NCBI GenBank assembly: GCA_026395105.1
Contig: JAPLZH010000005.1
Location: 1-37,297, forward strand
DNA length: 37,297 bases
Direction: 5' to 3'
Source of the DNA: Candidatus Tayloriibacteriota bacterium
Lineage (GTDB): Bacteria > Patescibacteriota > Minisyncoccia > Phycocordibacterales > PALSA-1337
Shown here: one piece after another, positions 32,581 to 37,297 of the stretch
Layout: each line of letters opens with the position of its first letter
How positions within the stretch are numbered: the first letter of the stretch is position 1
Made by a program: the position numbers and the translations under genes
Notes under the pieces: model-generated
What the model saw: only the letters and a program-made list of their open reading frames with translations
The model's database searches: none
What the model was told of the DNA's origin: nothing

Positions 32581-33846
32581 TTATCTGACAAACTTCTGAT
32601 TATTTATAGAGTCTATTATGGCTTCGAAAGAAGCGTTTGATGTAGTAATCACTAAGGTTTTCGAGTCTATAAAACTATAAAGGAGTACGGTTTGTCCACT
32701 TCTTCTTTTCATAACTCGAACATCTTTATTCTTAATAATAATATCAGAAAAAGAGGTGGCATTAATATTAAACGTGGTCGTGGCCAGAGAGTTATCTGCG
32801 AGCGGGATGAATAATGGAGTGAAGTCCTGTTCCATACTTTGTTCATATCTGATCATACTAGCTAGTGCACCCTGGAAAAAATCTACTTGGAAGATGGCAA
32901 AAGGCTCATTACGGTTTTCTCCCGAATAATATCCGAACATAAAAGGAGTCCTGAGTGCCCTAACGAGAGCATCTGGCACATTAGTAAGCCCTACTAAAGA
33001 GATAAAATTTAGAGCAGAAATGTCTGAACCACCAGATCTGAAATCATTAGAGAATCTGAAGTAAACGTTAGTTAATGTTCCTTTGCTTCCTGACTGTTCT
33101 TTTAGTGTATCGACGAGTAATTTAGATATAGATGTAGTAGATGAAGCTATGACCATCTTTTTATTTGAAGATACTGGGATTATCGCATTTATTTGTTCTG
33201 TCAGTGTGGCAGGTGTATCTGCTTTTGGCCTATTTGAATATAAATAATAAAGTCCGTATCCCCCTCCGCCTAAAAAGCCTATAGCTAAGAGTATTAAAAG
33301 TATATTTTTCCAAGGAAATGTTTTTGTCGGAGAAGAAAAGTCCTCTGAAAAGTCTGATGAATAATCTGGCTCTGCTTTACTTTCGAATCTGGGAGTAGCT
33401 GAACTAGCGTATGGGTTTTGTTTTGGATTATTTTGGATCTGGTCTGGTTTAGGCATGACTCTAAAGGCCTCTATGGGTATCTGACTTTCCGAAACTTTTG
33501 GAGCGGGTGCATACCCAGGGGGCGGAACAGAAACTCCAGCTGGATTAGGAATGAAAGTTTTTTCTACTTTTTCTATAGGAATTTCTTTCGGAATATTTGG
33601 AATCTGTGGTCTCTGAATAGGCCTATTTGATGTATTTTCCCTAGAAAGTATTTCGGCAGCTCTTTTCCTCTGAGCTTCCTGTTCTGCTATGGCGACCTTA
33701 ACTACCGAAGCGTCGCTGTGCTTCAGTGCGTTCGCAATATCACTTTCGAAAGTTCGAAGTGGGCTAATTAGTGGGGATTGGCCAGAGTTATTGTTCGTAT
33801 TTGAGTTGTTTGGATTAATAGTTTTATTTTTTTCTTGTGGATCCAT
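32581..33846 (-). CDS. Bitopic membrane protein with a disordered Pro/Asn/Gln-rich N-terminal region and a folded C-terminal domain; function unknown
   Basis: 421 aa. Single TM WKNILLILLAIGFLGGGGYGLYYLY near residue 180. Lies between pnp and the dksA-like gene on the same strand. Confidence 0.6.
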   Translation of the reverse strand: MDPQEKNKTINPNNSNTNNNSGQSPLISPLRTFESDIANALKHSDASVVKVAIAEQEAQRKRAAEILSRENTSNRPIQRPQIPNIPKEIPIEKVEKTFIPNPAGVSVPPPGYAPAPKVSESQIPIEAFRVMPKPDQIQNNPKQNPYASSATPRFESKAEPDYSSDFSEDFSSPTKTFPWKNILLILLAIGFLGGGGYGLYYLYSNRPKADTPATLTEQINAIIPVSSNKKMVIASSTTSISKLLVDTLKEQSGSKGTLTNVYFRFSNDFRSGGSDISALNFISLVGLTNVPDALVRALRTPFMFGYYSGENRNEPFAIFQVDFFQGALASMIRYEQSMEQDFTPLFIPLADNSLATTTFNINATSFSDIIIKNKDVRVMKRRSGQTVLLYSFIDSKTLVITTSNASFEAIIDSINNQKFVR

Positions 33847-33894
33847 AGATTATATCCATTATACACTTCTTCCGAATTCTCTTCTAATTCTTTT

Positions 33895-36051
33895 TTAAAT
33901 TTTCTTTATAAAATCTTTATCTGCTAACCTTATAGACAAATTAACTCGGCCCTTATCATCTATTTCTTTAACGACGACAGGCACTATCTGACCGACTTTA
34001 AGGTATTTAGAGACTAAATCTACTCTGAATGAGGCGATTTCCGAGACGTGCACGAGACCTTCTGCATTCGGACCGATTTTTACAAAGGCCCCGAATTCCA
34101 TAAGGCGTGTAACTACGCCGTTTTCCACCCTATCCCCTGCTTTCCACTCCTTAGTCATTCCGAGAATTATGTCGCGCGCTTTCTCAGCAGAGCCATTCTT
34201 TCCTGTAATAAATACTGTTCCGTCATCATCTATATCTATAGCTTCTACTAAAGTATCATCCTTAATACCGTTAATATTCTTCCCTCCTGGGCCTATAACT
34301 AATCCTATTTGATCTACTTTAACTTTTATAACGATGATTTTCGGTGCATTTGGTGAAATATCTGCTCTAGGTTCAGCGATAGCGTTTTTTATAACATCTA
34401 AAATGGTGAATCTGGCTAACTTTGCCTTTTCAAAAGCCTCGGTAAGTATTTTTATAGATATTCCGTCTACTTTAACGTCCATCTGTATAGCGTTCACTCC
34501 TTCACGAGTTCCGGCTACTTTAAAGTCCATATCTCCATAATGATCTTCTGGTCCCTGAATATCTGTAAGAACTTTAAATGTATTATCGTCTTTAATCATG
34601 ACACCTGATGAAATTCCGGCAACAGGGCGTTTAATGGGTACGCCAGCGTCCATGAGGGCGAGGGTGGAACCGCAAACTGAGCCCATTGAAGTGGAGCCGT
34701 TTGAAGATAAAGCTTCAGATACTATCCTTATAGTATACGGAAAGACTTCCTTCGGCGGAATCATTGGCTCTAAAGCCTTTTCTGCTAATGCTCCGTGGCC
34801 GATAGAACGTCTGCTCATTCCACCTGTCCTTCCCGTTTCTCCCGTAGAAAATGGAGGGAAATTATAATGATGAATGTATCTCTTATCCTGTTTAACTTCT
34901 ATTCCGTCTATTATCTGTGCATCTCCCGGCGCGCCGAGGGTTAATGCTGAGAGAATATGTGTCTGACCTCTATAAAATATTCCGCAACCATGCAGTACCG
35001 GAGAGATTCCCCCAGCCTGTGCAAAGAGGGGGCGAATTTGATCCACCGTTCTTCCGTCCGGTCTTCTTCCCTTCTCTATGGCCTCCTTATGAATATATTC
35101 ATTAATTTTTTCTTCGAAAAGTTCCTGAGCGCGGGATTTATTCCAAACAGTTTCATTTGTTAATAGTCCACCCTGCTCTCCTAATATTTGTGTATGCTTT
35201 TCATCGAGGAATTTCATCCATACTGTATGAAGTTCGACTATCTTTTCTCCTCCAGGCATTCCACTCATGATGTATGAGTCCATTATCGGTTCTATTTTTT
35301 CTGCAAAAAAAACTTTTAATTCATTACTGACGACGGGTTTCTCTATCACCCCTTTTGCCTTTCCTATTTCTTTAATTATTTCTTTCTGGAAATTCTGAAT
35401 TTTTTCTATCTCTTCTGATGCGAATTCTAAGGCAGAGATAATAGTAGGCTCCTGAGTTTCATTTCCGCCGAGCTCGAGCATGTTTATTTTTCCATCTTTT
35501 CCGCAGGCGACCATTTCAAATTCTAAATCAGGATTTTCACGGACGCCATATGTAGGGTTAACTATAAAATCATTGTGACCTTTTATTTTTGCTATACGAA
35601 CAGCTGAAACTGGTCCATTCCAAGGAATGTGTGAAGTACCGAGGGCGAGTGATGCACCGAGAACGCCTAACATATCCGGATCATCTTCACTTATAGAAAG
35701 CACGGTGATGATTATCTGAATGTCGTGGCGAATCCATTCATTAAAAAGTGGACGAATAGTTCTGTCTACGATTCTTCCTGAGAGAACGGCTTCATCAGAA
35801 GGCCTTCCTTCCCTTCGTACGAAACGGCTTCCGAGAATTTGGCCGGATGCATAAAACTTTTCCTCATACTCCACTGTTAGGGGCAAAAAGTCCCCGCCAT
35901 CTCTAGGTTTATCAGACATTACGGCTGTGGCTAAGATGACGCTATTCCCATACTTAATTAATACGGAACCGTGTGCTCTCTCTGCTAAATCAGAAAAAGT
36001 GGCTGTTAAAGTTTTCCCGCCTATGATGGTGGTAAATTCTTTTTTCTTCAT
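33895..36051 (-). CDS. pnp: Polyribonucleotide nucleotidyltransferase (PNPase)
   Basis: 718 aa. Two RNase PH-like domains, KH motif (GPGGKNINGI), C-terminal S1 domain (GAFVKIGPNAEGLVHVSEI). Confidence 0.97.
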   Translation of the reverse strand: MKKKEFTTIIGGKTLTATFSDLAERAHGSVLIKYGNSVILATAVMSDKPRDGGDFLPLTVEYEEKFYASGQILGSRFVRREGRPSDEAVLSGRIVDRTIRPLFNEWIRHDIQIIITVLSISEDDPDMLGVLGASLALGTSHIPWNGPVSAVRIAKIKGHNDFIVNPTYGVRENPDLEFEMVACGKDGKINMLELGGNETQEPTIISALEFASEEIEKIQNFQKEIIKEIGKAKGVIEKPVVSNELKVFFAEKIEPIMDSYIMSGMPGGEKIVELHTVWMKFLDEKHTQILGEQGGLLTNETVWNKSRAQELFEEKINEYIHKEAIEKGRRPDGRTVDQIRPLFAQAGGISPVLHGCGIFYRGQTHILSALTLGAPGDAQIIDGIEVKQDKRYIHHYNFPPFSTGETGRTGGMSRRSIGHGALAEKALEPMIPPKEVFPYTIRIVSEALSSNGSTSMGSVCGSTLALMDAGVPIKRPVAGISSGVMIKDDNTFKVLTDIQGPEDHYGDMDFKVAGTREGVNAIQMDVKVDGISIKILTEAFEKAKLARFTILDVIKNAIAEPRADISPNAPKIIVIKVKVDQIGLVIGPGGKNINGIKDDTLVEAIDIDDDGTVFITGKNGSAEKARDIILGMTKEWKAGDRVENGVVTRLMEFGAFVKIGPNAEGLVHVSEIASFRVDLVSKYLKVGQIVPVVVKEIDDKGRVNLSIRLADKDFIKKI

Positions 36052-36057
36052 TTTATT

Positions 36058-36690
36058 TTAATTAGTGATATTTGTAGGGTTCTCTGAAACAGGGTTCGTA
36101 GGAGATGGCGCGCCTTTCGGAGCGGAATTCGGATTCTGAGAACGTCCGCGACCACCAACCCTTCTATTTGAATTCTTTTGCTGAACAAACATTAGATATT
36201 TCTTAGGGTTTGAATCTAGGTCTATAAAGTCATCCGCAGAGGCGATTAATTTTGCCGAAGTAGATTTACCGAAAGAAACTACCTCTACCTGACAGCCATT
36301 ATTAGTCTGTAAATACTGAACTAGAGGTACGAAGTCACCATCCCCTGTTACTAAAACTACAGCGTCTAGTTTAGGTGCCATCTTAATAGCATCTACCGCT
36401 AGTCCGACGTCCCAGTCCGCTTTTTTACTTCCTCCTGCGAAAATTTGCAAATCTTTTGTCTTCGTCTCTATTCCGACTTTTGTTAATGCGTCGAAAAAGC
36501 TTTTTTCATCACCCGCTTCTGTAGAGATAACATATGCTACTGCGCGTATAAGCGCACGTCCTGCTACGGCATCCTTTACTATTTGTCCAAAATTTACTTT
36601 TGAATTATAAAGATTTTTACCTGAGTGATAAAGGTTCTGTGTGTCTATAAAAACGCCGACACGCTGCTCTGTGTGTTTAATTACTGTCAT
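36058..36690 (-). CDS. NYN-domain (LabA/DUF88-like) predicted ribonuclease with an RGG-like C-terminal tail
   Basis: 210 aa. VGVFIDTQNLY (N-terminal Asp), VLVTGDGDFVPLV motif, C-tail RRVGGRGRSQNPNSAPKG... 6-nt gap to pnp. Confidence 0.8.
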   Translation of the reverse strand: MTVIKHTEQRVGVFIDTQNLYHSGKNLYNSKVNFGQIVKDAVAGRALIRAVAYVISTEAGDEKSFFDALTKVGIETKTKDLQIFAGGSKKADWDVGLAVDAIKMAPKLDAVVLVTGDGDFVPLVQYLQTNNGCQVEVVSFGKSTSAKLIASADDFIDLDSNPKKYLMFVQQKNSNRRVGGRGRSQNPNSAPKGAPSPTNPVSENPTNITN

Positions 36691-36725
36691 AAAATATTAA
36701 ATGCTTATAAAAACTTATTAAAAAT

Positions 36726-36783
36726 GTGAAACTAATAAAACTGCAAAACTGTAAAACTGTAAAACTTCAAAACTAGTGAAATT
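36726..36783. repeat. Tandem octamer repeat (NNAAAACT, about 7 copies) in the rpsO-NYN spacer
   Basis: GTGAAACT AATAAAACT GCAAAACT GTAAAACT GTAAAACT TCAAAACT AGTGAAATT, read directly. On the transcribed minus strand the unit is AGTTTTNN. Confidence 0.75.
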
Positions 36784-36799
36784 ATACACCTCCGATCGG

Positions 36800-36828
36800 A
36801 AAAGAACTAACCGCCCTAGAGGGCGGCC
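36800..36828 (-). terminator. Rho-independent terminator/attenuator after rpsO
   Basis: Minus strand reads CCGCCC-tcta-GGGCGG followed by TTAGTTCTTTT, starting 8 nt past the rpsO stop. Confidence 0.6.
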
Positions 36829-36835
36829 AGATTCT

Positions 36836-37105
36836 TTACTTTTTCTTTAATTCTAACTTTTTTGCTAAAACATTATAACGTTTAGGGTCTTTTTTGAAAA
36901 TGTATTTAATGTGAGTCTGTCTGTCCGCAACTAATCCTAAAAGTCCGCGTCTAGAGTGATTATCTTTAGCGTGTTTCTTAAGGTGAGCAGTCAATTCCTC
37001 AATTCTCTTTGTAAGAATTCCGATTTGGACCTCCGATGAACCGGTGTCTTTATCGTGCATCGCTACTTCTTTTATGATTTTTGTTTTTTTGGTCTTTGAA
37101 ATCAT
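36836..37105 (-). CDS. rpsO: 30S ribosomal protein S15
   Basis: 89 aa. GSSEVQIGILTKRIEELTAHLKKHAKDNHSRRGLLGLV matches the S15 signature. Confidence 0.95.
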   Translation of the reverse strand: MISKTKKTKIIKEVAMHDKDTGSSEVQIGILTKRIEELTAHLKKHAKDNHSRRGLLGLVADRQTHIKYIFKKDPKRYNVLAKKLELKKK

Positions 37106-37192
37106 CGTGGGATAACATTAGCATACTTCCTTTTAAAATGCAAGGGGTGGCTCTATATATCACTAGTGTCCGCTTAAAAATCCCTCCACATA

Positions 37193-37215
37193 GAAAAAAC
37201 CCTTAGGATAAGGGA
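37193..37215 (-). terminator. Probable terminator of an upstream minus-strand gene lying beyond the window
   Basis: Minus strand reads CCCTTA-tcc-TAAGGG followed by TTTTTTC. Confidence 0.45.
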
Positions 37216-37297
37216 TAATATGTTTATCGAAACCATTATCAACTTAATACTGCCTAAGGGCTCTTTCGTATGCATTATTCTAGCACAATTTTTAGTC

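Noticed and set aside
1-37297. CRISPR arrays, IS elements, rRNA/tRNA genes, toxin-antitoxin pairs and known defence systems
   Set aside because: I saw no spaced direct repeats, transposase or integrase ORFs, or tRNA-like cloverleaf signatures while reading the intergenic regions. Every long ORF is accounted for above.

Overview
AT-rich 37.3-kb window that reads as the replication-origin neighbourhood of a small-genome monoderm bacterium. I infer Patescibacteria/CPR (Parcubacteria-like) from compact housekeeping proteins, a CPR-type T4SS pilin-like gene and no Shine-Dalgarno motifs. This placement is not proven. Housekeeping content, left to right: pilB-type ATPase, ruvB, a frameshifted Bro-N gene, yebC, ruvC, tyrS, a class A PBP, a DUF721/DciA-like gene, dnaN, dnaA (DnaA-box clusters on both sides), rpmH-rnpA-yidC, rsmA, pcrA, a LysM-M23 peptidase, comM, a DksA/TraR-type protein, pnp, an NYN nuclease and rpsO. 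The standout is a 12.2-kb, 11-gene, tightly coupled minus-strand operon (13811-25977) plus a divergent small secreted-protein gene. It encodes a minimal type-IV-secretion-like envelope machine: one VirB4 ATPase, a PrgI/VirB3-like protein, a VirB6-like polytopic protein and a pilin-like protein fused to a long coiled coil. The other seven products are unrecognisable, and six of those seven are secreted or membrane-bound. The operon has no relaxase, coupling protein, integrase or second ATPase. Other items worth a second look are a ~190-nt element closed by a 26-bp helix where ruvA would normally sit, an NYN nuclease wedged between rpsO and pnp behind an octamer-repeat leader, and several minimised or variant core proteins. 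I found no CRISPR array, tRNA, rRNA or IS element.
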